The position numbers and the translations under genes are program-made. A stretch of DNA of 64,000 nt from an uncultured virus (IMG/VR IMGVR_UViG_3300031539_000017) (Duplodnaviria > Heunggongvirae > Uroviricota > Caudoviricetes): IMG/VR virus record IMGVR_UViG_3300031539_000017; one strand, given 5' to 3'. Under the pieces are notes generated by a model. That model was not told the origin of the DNA. It saw only the letters and a program-made list of their open reading frames with translations, and did no database searches. Positions 37,722 through 47,674 of this stretch are shown here, piece after piece (the stretch's first letter is position 1; every line of letters begins with the position of its first letter).

Positions 37722-38401
37722 GTACTACCGTAGAGCAGCTCGTGGCGGGTGTTGCCACGTTGGAACAGGGCATCAGGGCGCTTGAGGTCCGGGAAAGGCC
37801 CCTGGCCTTGCGCGGCTGGCGGGACGACTTTCAGGGAGATGCCTTACACGAGCAGTACAGCACGCATGTAAATAATGGCACGGTGGGTTTCTCAGTGGGC
37901 GGGCAGCACGGCGGTGTCTTGGAGCTGTCCGTGAACGCGATAGCCGATTCCTGGGCCGATATGTTCCTGGGTACCAGGGCCGACAACTACCTCACCCTCG
38001 ATGCCGATAGCGGTTGGACTATGATCTGGCGAATGAAAGTCAGTTCCGTAGCAGGCAACCTCCGTGCACGAGCTGGGGCGAGGGATGATGCAGCCAATAA
38101 CTATATCGCCGCTGGCCTGTGGCAGGATTTTGGAAACAACTGGATCGTGGTGAACCGCTCAGGGGGCGGTGTCGTCAACACGGCAGCCAGCTCCATCGCC
38201 GCGGACACTGACTGGCATGTGCATCGGATCGATGCTACCTCAGGGCGCGTTGATTACTTCCTGGATGGAGACCTTCTTGTAACAACCACCGTGAGTGTGC
38301 CAATCGCTGTACTCACACCATGGATAAGTACCTATGTTAATGCTGCTGTGGCTAGGATCGCCTACTATGACTACTGGAATACCATCCCAAGGAACTTGTG
38401 A
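37718..38401 (+). CDS. Minor tail protein, ConA-like jelly roll (paralog 1)
   Basis: Short coiled coil then WRDDF...DTDWHVHRI...DYFLDG. Confidence 0.6.
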   Translation: MSTTVEQLVAGVATLEQGIRALEVRERPLALRGWRDDFQGDALHEQYSTHVNNGTVGFSVGGQHGGVLELSVNAIADSWADMFLGTRADNYLTLDADSGWTMIWRMKVSSVAGNLRARAGARDDAANNYIAAGLWQDFGNNWIVVNRSGGGVVNTAASSIAADTDWHVHRIDATSGRVDYFLDGDLLVTTTVSVPIAVLTPWISTYVNAAVARIAYYDYWNTIPRNL

Positions 38402-39093
38402 TGATTAAACAGCTTGTAGCACGATTAGCTGCTGCGCAGAAGAAACTAGATGCCTTAGAGACCAGGGAGCGTCCCCTGGCCCTGCGGGGTTGGAGAGATG
38501 ACTTCTTGGGTGACAGCATCCAGGAGCAGTACACCGCTGTCTCTAACGGTGTGGGTAGCGGCGGGGCTTTGCAGAACAATGCACACGGTGGGGTCTATAA
38601 GCTGACTGCCGGGGCCGGGGCTGGCCGGTATCACTACCTCTGGCTGGGTAATGCGGCAGATGGGTACGCCACCCTAGACGCCGACTATGGCTGGAAGATG
38701 ATAGCACGGATGGCAATAAGTCATACGACGACCTTCGATGGTCAATTTGGTGTAGCTGATTCAGCATACAACAATTTTGTCTTGGCCGGGATAGGAACGA
38801 CATTTCTAGCAGCCAACTGGGTGCTGATTACAAGGATCGGCGGCGGTGCGGTGAATGTTGTGGATACTGATATAGCCGCCGACACAGACCCCCACGTACA
38901 CCGGTTAGGGGTCTGCCCCACGTTGGCAGGGCACCAAGCAGACTACTTGCTCGATGGAACTCGAATCGCCACCACCACGGTGTCAGTGCCTATCGCGGTC
39001 TTGACCCCGATTGTGCGTGCTAGTGCAACCGCTGCATTCGCACGATGGGATGACCTAGATTACTGGGTAGTAATACCGCAAAACCTAACGTAA
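38398..39093 (+). CDS. Minor tail protein, ConA-like jelly roll (paralog 2)
   Basis: Shares ERPLALRGWRDDF, TLDAD.GW and TTTVSVPIAVLTP with paralog 1. Confidence 0.6.
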   Translation: MMIKQLVARLAAAQKKLDALETRERPLALRGWRDDFLGDSIQEQYTAVSNGVGSGGALQNNAHGGVYKLTAGAGAGRYHYLWLGNAADGYATLDADYGWKMIARMAISHTTTFDGQFGVADSAYNNFVLAGIGTTFLAANWVLITRIGGGAVNVVDTDIAADTDPHVHRLGVCPTLAGHQADYLLDGTRIATTTVSVPIAVLTPIVRASATAAFARWDDLDYWVVIPQNLT

Positions 39094-39123
39094 AGCTCGT
39101 AAGGCTTTTGGGGGAGGGATATC

Positions 39124-39588
39124 TTGAACGGTGAGGGCGTCAGGAAGAAGGCAGAGCTGTTTGATGAGGAGCAGTCAGTTGATACCGTCTCCAATGAGGA
39201 CCTGCGCTGGATGCTGCTCTTCTCACGCAAGGACTTTCAGGGTGGCCTTGACGGTCTGAAGGGTTCCCTCGACCGATTGGAGAAGGACCACCAGGTCGTG
39301 TCCACGCGGGTTCAGGCTAATGCCCTAGCAGTGGGGCGTATCCAGCAGGCCCATGATGATTGCCCCCTGTCCGGTCAGGAGGGCAGAGACGGCTTCATGG
39401 TCAAGGTTACGAAGATCTGTTTGGAGGCGGCCAAGGCAGGGGTCAAGGAGGCCAACGGCAACAAGGCCGTGCTGGGGCCGCTGAGTAGGAATGAGGCTTT
39501 TCAGATCATGGGCTGGGTGATCACGATACTGGTGATAGCCCTGGTATTTTTGGCAACGAACGGGCAGATTCACATCCCAATCCCGTAA
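39124..39588 (+). CDS. Membrane protein, coiled coil plus C-terminal TM (holin-like)
   Basis: C-terminal IMGWVITILVIALVFLA; start of lysis region. Confidence 0.5.
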   Translation: MNGEGVRKKAELFDEEQSVDTVSNEDLRWMLLFSRKDFQGGLDGLKGSLDRLEKDHQVVSTRVQANALAVGRIQQAHDDCPLSGQEGRDGFMVKVTKICLEAAKAGVKEANGNKAVLGPLSRNEAFQIMGWVITILVIALVFLATNGQIHIPIP

Positions 39589-39599
39589 AGGAGGTACAG

Positions 39600-41330
39600 A
39601 TGTCTGTCTTGTGGCCCGTGCCTGTAGGGGACACCGGTATAGGTGTCCACTCCGACCCCAATGCCTACTACAAGCCCTCGGATTTCGAGGCCTACGCTGA
39701 TGACCTGCTAGCCCACAAATCGCCTTGGTTCCTGCACTGGTTCTTTGACGAGGGTGCTGCCGACTTCATCGAGGCGATGCGCCGGAAGGGCATCGAGGTC
39801 ATAGGTAGGCCTGGCCCTGCCAAGATGCCGAACCCTATGATCGACGTCGCCCACCTGGACGCCTACATCGAGGCGGGTGTTAGGTGGTTCGTGATCATGA
39901 ACGAATTGAACCTGCATGAGGAGTGGGTAGTCGATTGGAAACGCTTTGAGAAGCCTGTCCGTAAATGTGCCGACCAGTTCGTGCGCTACGCCGACATCAT
40001 CCGGGGTAAGGGCGATCACCTGTGGGTGCTGACCCCGCCGCCTTCCTTGGGCGGACACATGAATCACAGGGAGTGGTTTACCCGGTTCATGTATGCTATG
40101 TGCAACATTGCGGCGGAACGCGGCCAGACGCTGCGGCAGCTCCTATATCACTGCGGCATCGGGATACACTGCCGCTCGGTGGGCAACCCCTTGGAGGCCG
40201 GGCCGAGTTGGTATGATTGCAGCTCACGAGAGTGGGAGTGGTTCCGGGACACGCTCATTGCCATGCTGAGGGAGACCCGCGAGGAGTTCGAGGCCGACCC
40301 CATCCCCTTCATTAACACGGAGGCCTTAGACCAGCCTGACTGGCTACCCAGGCTGGGCGGCAACTATGACTGGGGCCTATGGGAACGGCGCAACCTGCGG
40401 CAAATGAGCTGGTTCAACCCCGACAATGAGGAGTACCGATACCCATCATACGTTGTGGCCAACTGCTTCTGGGTCATCCACACTGACAGGTTTAGCCCCT
40501 GGCCGCAGTGCGGGCTATACGGCAACTACCCGCACTTCCTACAGCGGGGTGACTACACCACTAACCTGTGGCGGGCCATGCCCGCTCACATAAACTGGAC
40601 GAGGAGGGACGACGTGGAACCAGGACCAACACCGGAAGTACCAGAGGTCAAGTTGAGGGTCTACGATTTCGAGGGCACGAAGCAGAGCCTAGAGTGGGTG
40701 CAGGGCAAGTACGGCGTGCAGCTGGAGCAGTGCAAGGGCAAGGGCTGGCACGTGTCGCAGATGAGGGAGCGCGTAAACGCTGCCGCGGGCATGGAGATGT
40801 TCTTCTACGACGACAACGGTGCAGTACAGGGGTTGCCGGTGGAGTTTCACTGGCCTGGCGGGTGCGACTGTGACAAGAAGACAGAGGTTGACGGCAAGGT
40901 AGGGTTTGCCTATAACGCCTGGATATGGGACCCTGCTGTTGGGGGGCCATACTGGATCGAAGTGCCTGAGCCGTCGGACTCCCTGGGGGGCCTGGGCATG
41001 CTGGCCATGACCAATCATGACCATCTCGATTTCGTGTGGAAGTTCGGGGTTTTGGAGGGCTCGGGGCCAGTGGATCCCTTAGAGGTCATCCTGCCCCTGG
41101 CGGAGGAGAAGTTACAAGCGATCCCGGTCCCGAACGACTGGGCATACCCTGCCAAGGCCATTGAAAACGGCCACCCCATCCAGGTGGGCGGGTATGCGCA
41201 GGTGGAGATCGGTGGGGTGTTGTGGGGATACCAGACCTTCACCAACGAGGCGCAGGACAGCTACGGGGTGGCCTATTCACCGGAGGGTCAGTACGACAAA
41301 ACCGAGTTTGCGGTCATTGAGAGAGATTAA
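39600..41330 (+). CDS. Glycoside hydrolase (clan GH-A-like) with C-terminal beta domains
   Basis: IMNELN and PFINTE candidate catalytic glutamates; lysis region. Confidence 0.55.
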   Translation: MSVLWPVPVGDTGIGVHSDPNAYYKPSDFEAYADDLLAHKSPWFLHWFFDEGAADFIEAMRRKGIEVIGRPGPAKMPNPMIDVAHLDAYIEAGVRWFVIMNELNLHEEWVVDWKRFEKPVRKCADQFVRYADIIRGKGDHLWVLTPPPSLGGHMNHREWFTRFMYAMCNIAAERGQTLRQLLYHCGIGIHCRSVGNPLEAGPSWYDCSSREWEWFRDTLIAMLRETREEFEADPIPFINTEALDQPDWLPRLGGNYDWGLWERRNLRQMSWFNPDNEEYRYPSYVVANCFWVIHTDRFSPWPQCGLYGNYPHFLQRGDYTTNLWRAMPAHINWTRRDDVEPGPTPEVPEVKLRVYDFEGTKQSLEWVQGKYGVQLEQCKGKGWHVSQMRERVNAAAGMEMFFYDDNGAVQGLPVEFHWPGGCDCDKKTEVDGKVGFAYNAWIWDPAVGGPYWIEVPEPSDSLGGLGMLAMTNHDHLDFVWKFGVLEGSGPVDPLEVILPLAEEKLQAIPVPNDWAYPAKAIENGHPIQVGGYAQVEIGGVLWGYQTFTNEAQDSYGVAYSPEGQYDKTEFAVIERD

Positions 41331-41392
41331 CGCCTTATATTACTTACTACCTTTAGAGATATCTCTAAAGTAAGTGTATAGTATATGGCGGA

Positions 41393-41454
41393 CTTTTCGC
41401 CAAGTTGATGGTTCGCAGTTCTTTTGCCAGCAAAACATCGCCCTGGTGTATAAT
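41393..41454 (+). promoter_or_regulatory. Bipartite element copy 5 (degenerate A, then B) with -10
   Basis: CTTTTCGCCAAG 41393-41404, TTTTGCCAGCAAAA 41422-41435, TATAAT 41449-41454. Confidence 0.75.
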
Positions 41455-41482
41455 GAGATAAACGGTTGTGTGAGGTTGATTC

Positions 41483-41674
41483 ATGGCCCGTTATTTCATA
41501 GCAGGGGATGAGCTTATTGTAGCAGTGGCGTGTAACGACAACGGCGCGCAGGTCCTTGAGTGCACGGGTTACGTTGAGTGCACGCAGGAGGAATATGAGC
41601 TGTTGCTGGAGTTGTTTCAGAAAAAGGGCATCGGTGATGCCTATATCGAGGTACGTGACATTCATGGAGACTGA
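41483..41674 (+). CDS. Hypothetical protein
   Basis: GAGG RBS, downstream of element copy 5. Confidence 0.55.
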   Translation: MARYFIAGDELIVAVACNDNGAQVLECTGYVECTQEEYELLLELFQKKGIGDAYIEVRDIHGD

Positions 41675-41677
41675 CCC

Positions 41678-42223
41678 ATGGGCGCTTTGATAGACATCCT
41701 GGGGGCGGGCGGCGTGCACCTTGTGGAGAAGCGGCACCTGCTGCCCGTGAACCCTAAGCAGCCCTGGCTCTACCGGGAGTTACATGATGTCAAGGGCGCT
41801 ATTATTCATCATATCGCCGGGGTGGCGTGGGCTACCTCTGAGCGCATTCACAAGATGCACCAGGACTTTGGCTGGCCTGGCATGGCGTACACCTTCTACG
41901 TGCATTATGACTATGGGCAGCCGGGGCTGCCGGTGGTGACGGACTTCGATCATCGGCTCCGCGATTGGGGTCCGCAGGCGGGCGCGGGACCGCATAGCGT
42001 GAACCCGGAGACCTTCGGGGTGGCCCTGGGCGGGAACTTCGTCCGGGTGGCACCTGCCCCGGAGATGATTGCGGAGCTGGTCAACCTGATGCACGGTTTG
42101 CAAGTGTTTTTCACGCGTGAGGTGGGGTATTCTCTGTTCATCAAACCTCACTTTCAAGTCGGCAAGACGAAATGCCCGGGGTTGGCCTGGGACTCGTACC
42201 TCGCGGCCATAGGCTGCGCGTAG
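41678..42223 (+). CDS. N-acetylmuramoyl-L-alanine amidase endolysin (Amidase_2/PGRP-like)
   Basis: IIHH, GWPGMAY, GVALGGNF, PH...TKCPG Zn ligands. Confidence 0.85.
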   Translation: MGALIDILGAGGVHLVEKRHLLPVNPKQPWLYRELHDVKGAIIHHIAGVAWATSERIHKMHQDFGWPGMAYTFYVHYDYGQPGLPVVTDFDHRLRDWGPQAGAGPHSVNPETFGVALGGNFVRVAPAPEMIAELVNLMHGLQVFFTREVGYSLFIKPHFQVGKTKCPGLAWDSYLAAIGCA

Positions 42224-42233
42224 GGAGGTAGAC

Positions 42234-42587
42234 ATGGGACTGGTAGAGCTGATTGTAGGGCTGCTCAGGAACCCGGCGGTGTTGGGCGCTATCGCTGTGG
42301 CATTGGTGTGGCTCCTGCGCAAGGTCAAGTGGTCTGTGGACGGCCCGAAGGCCATTTGGATGACGTATGTCGTGGCCCTGTGTATCGCCGTTGGGGAGAA
42401 GCTGCTCCTAGAGGGCTTCCCCGTCGTGGTCACCTGCGGCTTGGTGCCCACTGATCCGCCAACTTTCATCGTCTGCGTGTTTCAGATCATCGAGAATATC
42501 CTTGCTTGGTCTGGTGTGCTTTTCGTGGCGGCGACGGTGATATACAAGGTCCTGCGCAGCAAGATGCTACTCGGTGAGCGCATCTGA
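42234..42587 (+). CDS. Putative holin
   Basis: Three hydrophobic segments, follows amidase. Confidence 0.6.
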   Translation: MGLVELIVGLLRNPAVLGAIAVALVWLLRKVKWSVDGPKAIWMTYVVALCIAVGEKLLLEGFPVVVTCGLVPTDPPTFIVCVFQIIENILAWSGVLFVAATVIYKVLRSKMLLGERI

Positions 42588-42624
42588 CCTTGATGTGTGT
42601 TTTGGGGCAGGGTCGGCATCGGCC

Positions 42625-42686
42625 TTTTGCACAAAAGAGCGAGCCATCCGTTCTTTTGCCAGCAAAAGGTTGAGTCTAACTATACT
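42625..42686 (+). promoter_or_regulatory. Bipartite palindromic element copy 6 (A then B) with -10, upstream of glycan island
   Basis: TTTTGCACAAAA 42625-42636, TTTTGCCAGCAAAA 42654-42667, TATACT 42681-42686. Confidence 0.8.
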
Positions 42687-42742
42687 AGGGGTGGTATAGT
42701 CGGCACGGTCCTGCCCCCCTCAGCCGTTCCCGGAGGAGTGAG

Positions 42743-43747
42743 ATGTCTAGCTACTGGAAGGACCGCCGGGTTATCTGCACGGGGGGATCGGGCTTTCTCG
42801 GCTCTCACCTGGTCGATGCCCTGAGGCGCTTGGATTGCAAGCCGTTTGTCCCCCGCTCCGGCCAGTACGATTTGCGGAGTGAAGAGGGCGTTATCAATAT
42901 GTTCAACGATGCCATGGCGCTGTGGGGCCAGGAGGGGTGCCAAACCCTGTTTCACCTCGCGGCGCTGTGTGGTGGTATCGGGTTCAATCAGAAGTTCCCC
43001 GCTCGGTTGTGGCATGACAATTTGCTGATGGGCATCCATCTCATCAACACGGCGGCATTTTGCGGGGTGGAGAAGTTTGTGGGTGTGGGTACGGTGTGCT
43101 CATACCCGAAGCATACCCCGACGCCGTTCAATGAACAGTCCTTGTGGGACGGTTACCCTGAGGAGACCAATGCTCCTTACGGCCTCGCCAAGAAGGCGCT
43201 CCTGGTTGGCCTGCAGGCGTATGGGCAAGAGAGGCAATTAGAGTGGACCTACGTCATGCCCACGAACCTCTACGGGCCGCGGGATCACTTCGGGGCGCGG
43301 TCCCACGTCATCCCGGCCCTGATTGACAAGTTTCTACACGCCAAAGGGGAGCCTACGGTGTCTGTGTGGGGCACGGGCACGCCCACGCGCGACTTTCTGT
43401 ACGTCAAGGACTGCGCTGCGGCGCTGCTCCTGGCGGGGGAGTTGCTTTCGGGAGGTCCGTACAACATCGGCTCAGGACGCGAAATCAGCATCGAGGACCT
43501 GGCACGCCTCATAGCGGACGCAGTGGGCTTCCGGGGTCAAATCTGCTTTGATGCCTTCAAGCCCGACGGCCAGCCACGCCGGGTGCTCGATAGTTCCAAG
43601 TTTATGAAACTAACAGAGTGGTCCCCACAGGTGGGGTTCGAGCAGGGATTGACTCAGACGGTGCAGTGGTATAGAGATTTACAGCAGGACGGCAAGCCTG
43701 AGTTGACCGGTGTGCGTGCTGAATCCGGTGGGTCGCCGTCGGTATAG
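42743..43747 (+). CDS. fcl: GDP-L-fucose synthase
   Basis: TGGSGFLG, HLAALCGGI, CSYPK, YGLAK, PTNLYGP, SHVIPALI, WGTGTPTRDFLYV, KPDGQPRR. Confidence 0.9.
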   Translation: MSSYWKDRRVICTGGSGFLGSHLVDALRRLDCKPFVPRSGQYDLRSEEGVINMFNDAMALWGQEGCQTLFHLAALCGGIGFNQKFPARLWHDNLLMGIHLINTAAFCGVEKFVGVGTVCSYPKHTPTPFNEQSLWDGYPEETNAPYGLAKKALLVGLQAYGQERQLEWTYVMPTNLYGPRDHFGARSHVIPALIDKFLHAKGEPTVSVWGTGTPTRDFLYVKDCAAALLLAGELLSGGPYNIGSGREISIEDLARLIADAVGFRGQICFDAFKPDGQPRRVLDSSKFMKLTEWSPQVGFEQGLTQTVQWYRDLQQDGKPELTGVRAESGGSPSV

Positions 43748-43756
43748 GGAGGGAAC

Positions 43757-44404
43757 ATGAACGAGATTGCTGTTTTTCAGATGGGCAAGTGCGGGTCGTC
43801 CACGGTCATTGAGCTGGCGCGGAAGCTGGGCATCCACGCTTCGCGGGCGTACACCCCGATGAATGCTGTGCAGGCACAGTATCCCAACGTCATCAGCATG
43901 GCTCGGGAGCCGGTGATCCGGAACGTCTCAGCGTTCTTCCACGAGATGGCGGGCACGCTGACAGAGACGGGCTACAGCCAGGCGCTGCTAGATGAGTTCC
44001 TGCTGGGGAAGCATGATGTGCCGCTGACGTGGTTCTCTAAGGAGTTCCAGGCTGAGACCGGCATCAGCATCTATGCAGAGAAGTTCGACCGCAAGCGGGG
44101 CTGGTCCATCTATGAGAGTGGTAACAGGCGCATCTTGGTCATCAGGACTGAGGATATGACCAGGTGCCTCCTGGAGGCCATGGGTGCCCTACTGGGTGAG
44201 GAGCTGCCACGGGTAGAGGTAGAGCATTGGTTTAGTGATGCTGAGCGGCCTCACGGCGTGGGCGCTTTGTATCGGCAGTTCATGAGGGAGGCTGTTATGT
44301 CGGAGGCGTACCTGAGGCGCATGTATGGCAGCCGGTATGCCAAGCACTTCTACTACAAGAAGGAGCTTGACAGCTTTCGCGAGTTCTGGAGCGCACCGAG
44401 ATGA
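43757..44404 (+). CDS. Sulfotransferase-like capsular polysaccharide synthesis family protein
   Basis: QMGKCGSST and REPVIRNVSAFF PAPS-binding-type motifs. Confidence 0.7.
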   Translation: MNEIAVFQMGKCGSSTVIELARKLGIHASRAYTPMNAVQAQYPNVISMAREPVIRNVSAFFHEMAGTLTETGYSQALLDEFLLGKHDVPLTWFSKEFQAETGISIYAEKFDRKRGWSIYESGNRRILVIRTEDMTRCLLEAMGALLGEELPRVEVEHWFSDAERPHGVGALYRQFMREAVMSEAYLRRMYGSRYAKHFYYKKELDSFREFWSAPR

Positions 44405-45120
44405 GGGTATTCGTGACCACTAATGACCGGCACTTGTGGATACTTCCGGCCTTTGCGTACCTGTTCAACAAGTACTGGTCCTCTTTGCAACCTGTGGTCG
44501 TGGCGGGCTACAGCCGCCCCGACTTTGAGCTGCCCCCCAATTTCGAGTTCTACCAGATCGCGGAGGCGAACTACCCTGTTGAGAAATGGTCTGACGGGGT
44601 GGTGCAGTTCTTGGAATCCGTGAACGATGAGCTGTTCGTGTGGATGCTGGAGGATATGCTTCTCACGCGCACGGTAGATGTGCGGGCCGTGGGTAGCCTG
44701 GCGGAGTACATGACGCTGCACCACGAGGTCATTAGGATAGACCTAACTGCTGACAGGCTCTACGCGGGGGCATCGCCGGGGCAGAGGCCTGAGTATGAGT
44801 ACTACGGTAGCATGGACCTTGTGTGGTCGGAGCCGTCCAGCCCGTATCATCTCAGCCTGCAAGCGGCTATCTGGCGGCGGGACTACCTGCTGAATTATAT
44901 GATCCCCGGTGAGACGCCCTGGCAGCTGGAGATGGCAGGTACGGAGCGGCTATCGAGCACGCCGGAGGTGGTGGTACTGGGCACCCGGCAGCTCCCATGT
45001 AGATATACATTGGCCCTCAAGAGCGAGCATCCCACGGAGCCGAGCATAACCGGGATGCGCCAGGAGGACTATGACTATCTGGTGGAGCGGGGCTGGCTTC
45101 CGGAGGGGTGTCTGACGTGA
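44401..45120 (+). CDS. Putative glycosyltransferase (GT-A-like)
   Basis: F..LFNKYW, WMLED, SLQAAIWRRDYL, TPWQLE pattern of polysaccharide-locus GTs. Confidence 0.6.
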   Translation: MRVFVTTNDRHLWILPAFAYLFNKYWSSLQPVVVAGYSRPDFELPPNFEFYQIAEANYPVEKWSDGVVQFLESVNDELFVWMLEDMLLTRTVDVRAVGSLAEYMTLHHEVIRIDLTADRLYAGASPGQRPEYEYYGSMDLVWSEPSSPYHLSLQAAIWRRDYLLNYMIPGETPWQLEMAGTERLSSTPEVVVLGTRQLPCRYTLALKSEHPTEPSITGMRQEDYDYLVERGWLPEGCLT

Positions 45121-46334
45121 AGCGAGACATAGACTCAATCATCATCGGTGAGCGGCATCGCAAGAACCTGGGGGATATCAAGGTTTTGGCTGCTAGTATA
45201 GCGGATATTGGCCTTTTGCATCCTGTGGTGATACGTCCTGATGGGGTACTCATTGCTGGCCTGCGCAGGCTAGAAGCCTGCAAATTGCTAAGTTGGTCCA
45301 AGGTTCCCGTCACAGAGGTGAACCTGGAAGAGATAGTCCGTGGCGAATCTGCTGAGAATATCTATCGCAAGGACTTTCCATTATCTGAGGCCGTCGCCAT
45401 AGGCGAGGCCCTAGAACCGTTGGAGGAAGAAGCAGCCAAGAAGAGAAAGCGAGAAGCTGGCATTGCGAATTTACCGACTGTGAGTGCCAAAAAGTTTTCG
45501 GCACTCACGAAGAAAGAAACAGGTGAAACCCTTTCCAAGGTCGCCGCTGCTATAGGGATGTCTAAGCCGACTTATAAGAAGGCCAAAGAGATTGTTGAAG
45601 CAGCACGGAAGAAACCTAAAAAGTATGCTCCGCTTGTAGAGAAGATGGACCAGATTGGTAAGGTGGCTGGTATCCACAAAGACCTGAAAAGAATGCAGAA
45701 AGCTGAGAAAAAAGCTAAGCAAGCGAAGGCGCAACCTTGCATGGATGGGATACTCGTTGGCTCGATCACGGAGGTCGGCACTCAAATTACTGATGATACC
45801 GTGGACTTTGTGCTCACGGACCCACCATATGCTGGCGGTCAAGTTAGTTTGTTCAGTGACTTATCCGCTCTCGTGGCTAGGGTACTAAAACCTGGGGGCC
45901 TCTGTTTGGTCTATAGTGGCCAGATGTTCTTGCCGGAGGTTATCGTTGGCTTGGGTGAACATCTGGAGTACGTTTGGACTTTTGCCATTCGGCACAGTGG
46001 CGGCAATCAGCGTATCCACAAGTTCAATCTCAATAACGCGTGGAAGCCGGTCTTGGCATATTGCAAACCGCCGCTCGAAGTATGGTGGGATAGTTTCATT
46101 GATCTCACGACTGGGGGCCGAGAGAAGGACCTTCATAAATGGCAGCAAGCCGAAACGGAGGCCGCTTATTTCATTGAGCATTTGACCATGCCGGGGGCCC
46201 TGGTATTGGATCCGTTCATGGGTAGTGGTACGGTCCTGGCGGCGGCGAAGCGCTTGGGTCGGGCTTACTTGGGCATCGAAATTGATTCTGACGTGGCTGC
46301 GAAGGCGGCGAAGAGGATTGGAGAAGTCAAATGA
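45108..46334 (+). CDS. ParB-like domain fused to amino-DNA methyltransferase
   Basis: SIADIGLLHPV..LIAGLRRLEA (ParB), EN..RKD, TDPPY and LDPFMGSGT. Confidence 0.85.
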   Translation: MSDVKRDIDSIIIGERHRKNLGDIKVLAASIADIGLLHPVVIRPDGVLIAGLRRLEACKLLSWSKVPVTEVNLEEIVRGESAENIYRKDFPLSEAVAIGEALEPLEEEAAKKRKREAGIANLPTVSAKKFSALTKKETGETLSKVAAAIGMSKPTYKKAKEIVEAARKKPKKYAPLVEKMDQIGKVAGIHKDLKRMQKAEKKAKQAKAQPCMDGILVGSITEVGTQITDDTVDFVLTDPPYAGGQVSLFSDLSALVARVLKPGGLCLVYSGQMFLPEVIVGLGEHLEYVWTFAIRHSGGNQRIHKFNLNNAWKPVLAYCKPPLEVWWDSFIDLTTGGREKDLHKWQQAETEAAYFIEHLTMPGALVLDPFMGSGTVLAAAKRLGRAYLGIEIDSDVAAKAAKRIGEVK

Positions 46335-46768
46335 CCCGACAACGCATGGATGGAAAAGGAACACCCTTTGGCGAATGGCTTAGGACCCGCCACCAAGGCA
46401 AGATAGGGTCGCACACTTTCTCCGCCCAGAACCTTGACTACATTTGGCACAATTACCGCGAGAATTGGTTCATCACCATCGAAGAGAAGCGCTACGGCGG
46501 TATGAGGGACCGGAGTGCGCAGAGAGCTCAAAGGGATACCCATGGCATAGTAGCGCAATTGCTCGAAGGGTCTTCGGGTATGGATGTTGATACGCTGCGG
46601 GGCCATCGAAGGGCTGAGTATCGTGGTCATTATGAGATTGTGTTTGACCGGACCAGCCCGGACGATGGTGATATGACCATCAATGGGAGGCAGGCGAACG
46701 AGCAAGATTTGCTTAGACTCTTGACGGTTGGCAGATGGTCATGGAGTTCTGCGGAGTTGGAGCTATGA
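46331..46768 (+). CDS. Hypothetical protein, possibly PD-(D/E)XK-like
   Basis: NLDYI...IEEK...AQ pattern; follows methyltransferase. Confidence 0.5.
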   Translation: MTRQRMDGKGTPFGEWLRTRHQGKIGSHTFSAQNLDYIWHNYRENWFITIEEKRYGGMRDRSAQRAQRDTHGIVAQLLEGSSGMDVDTLRGHRRAEYRGHYEIVFDRTSPDDGDMTINGRQANEQDLLRLLTVGRWSWSSAELEL

Positions 46769-47667
46769 TCACCGTCCCCATCCGCGACGGCACCTTCCCG
46801 CACAGCGCCTCCATGTCCCTGGCTGGCGAGAACGCGGGCGAGGCCCCGAAGTCTCTGCACTGGCGCCGTGTGCCGGACCTCCTGGATGATGCGCCTGTGA
46901 TGGTGTTCACGGATATGTGCCTGGATGAAGTCTTGCTCTCCCGGTCCCCGACGAACATCGCCATTCTTATAGAGCCGCCTGCGTTCTCCACGACTCATTA
47001 TGAGAAAGCTGTGATGCTGGAGAAGTACTTTGATGCCATATTCACCTATGACCTGGAGCACCTGCGCCGTGGCGGCCCGTGGCGGTTCTACCCCTATGGC
47101 GGGTCGAGGATTCAGGAGTGGCACGTCTACGAGAAGCTGGGGCTAGTGAGCCTCATTGTGTCGGATAAGCACGTCACGGAGGGGCACCGCCTCCGCCATG
47201 AGGCTGTTGAGCGGTTCGGCTCGCACCTACACGTCTTTGGGGAGCCTTATACCGAGTACCTTAACCCGAAGGGACCAGGGCTGCGGCCCTTCTGTTATTC
47301 CGTTGTCATCGAGTCTGGGCGGAGTGACTACTATTTTAGTGAGAAGCTCGTTGACTGCTTCTCACAGGGAGCGGTGCCCATCTACTGGGGCTGCCCTGGC
47401 ATTGACGGGTTTTTTGAGGGGAACGGGATCATCTCCTTTGAGACCCTGGATGACCTGGCGTACATCCTGGCGTCCATCTCAATGCAAGACTATCACGACC
47501 GCTTGCCTGCTATCATGCGTAATCTGGAGCTGGCGCGGAGCTTTCGGTGTGCCGAGGACCACCTGGTACGGGAGTATGGCTGGCTTTTCGAGGACAGTGA
47601 GCAGGCGGCCCTGATGCGCATGCAGAGCAAGGAGCAGCTGGTGCAGAGTGAGCCGGTAATCAGGTAA
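46765..47667 (+). CDS. GT10-family fucosyltransferase-like protein
   Basis: YSVVIES...YYFSEKLVDCF..GAVPIYWG matches the alpha-1,3-fucosyltransferase motif. Confidence 0.8.
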   Translation: MITVPIRDGTFPHSASMSLAGENAGEAPKSLHWRRVPDLLDDAPVMVFTDMCLDEVLLSRSPTNIAILIEPPAFSTTHYEKAVMLEKYFDAIFTYDLEHLRRGGPWRFYPYGGSRIQEWHVYEKLGLVSLIVSDKHVTEGHRLRHEAVERFGSHLHVFGEPYTEYLNPKGPGLRPFCYSVVIESGRSDYYFSEKLVDCFSQGAVPIYWGCPGIDGFFEGNGIISFETLDDLAYILASISMQDYHDRLPAIMRNLELARSFRCAEDHLVREYGWLFEDSEQAALMRMQSKEQLVQSEPVIR

Positions 47668-47674
47668 GGAGGGG

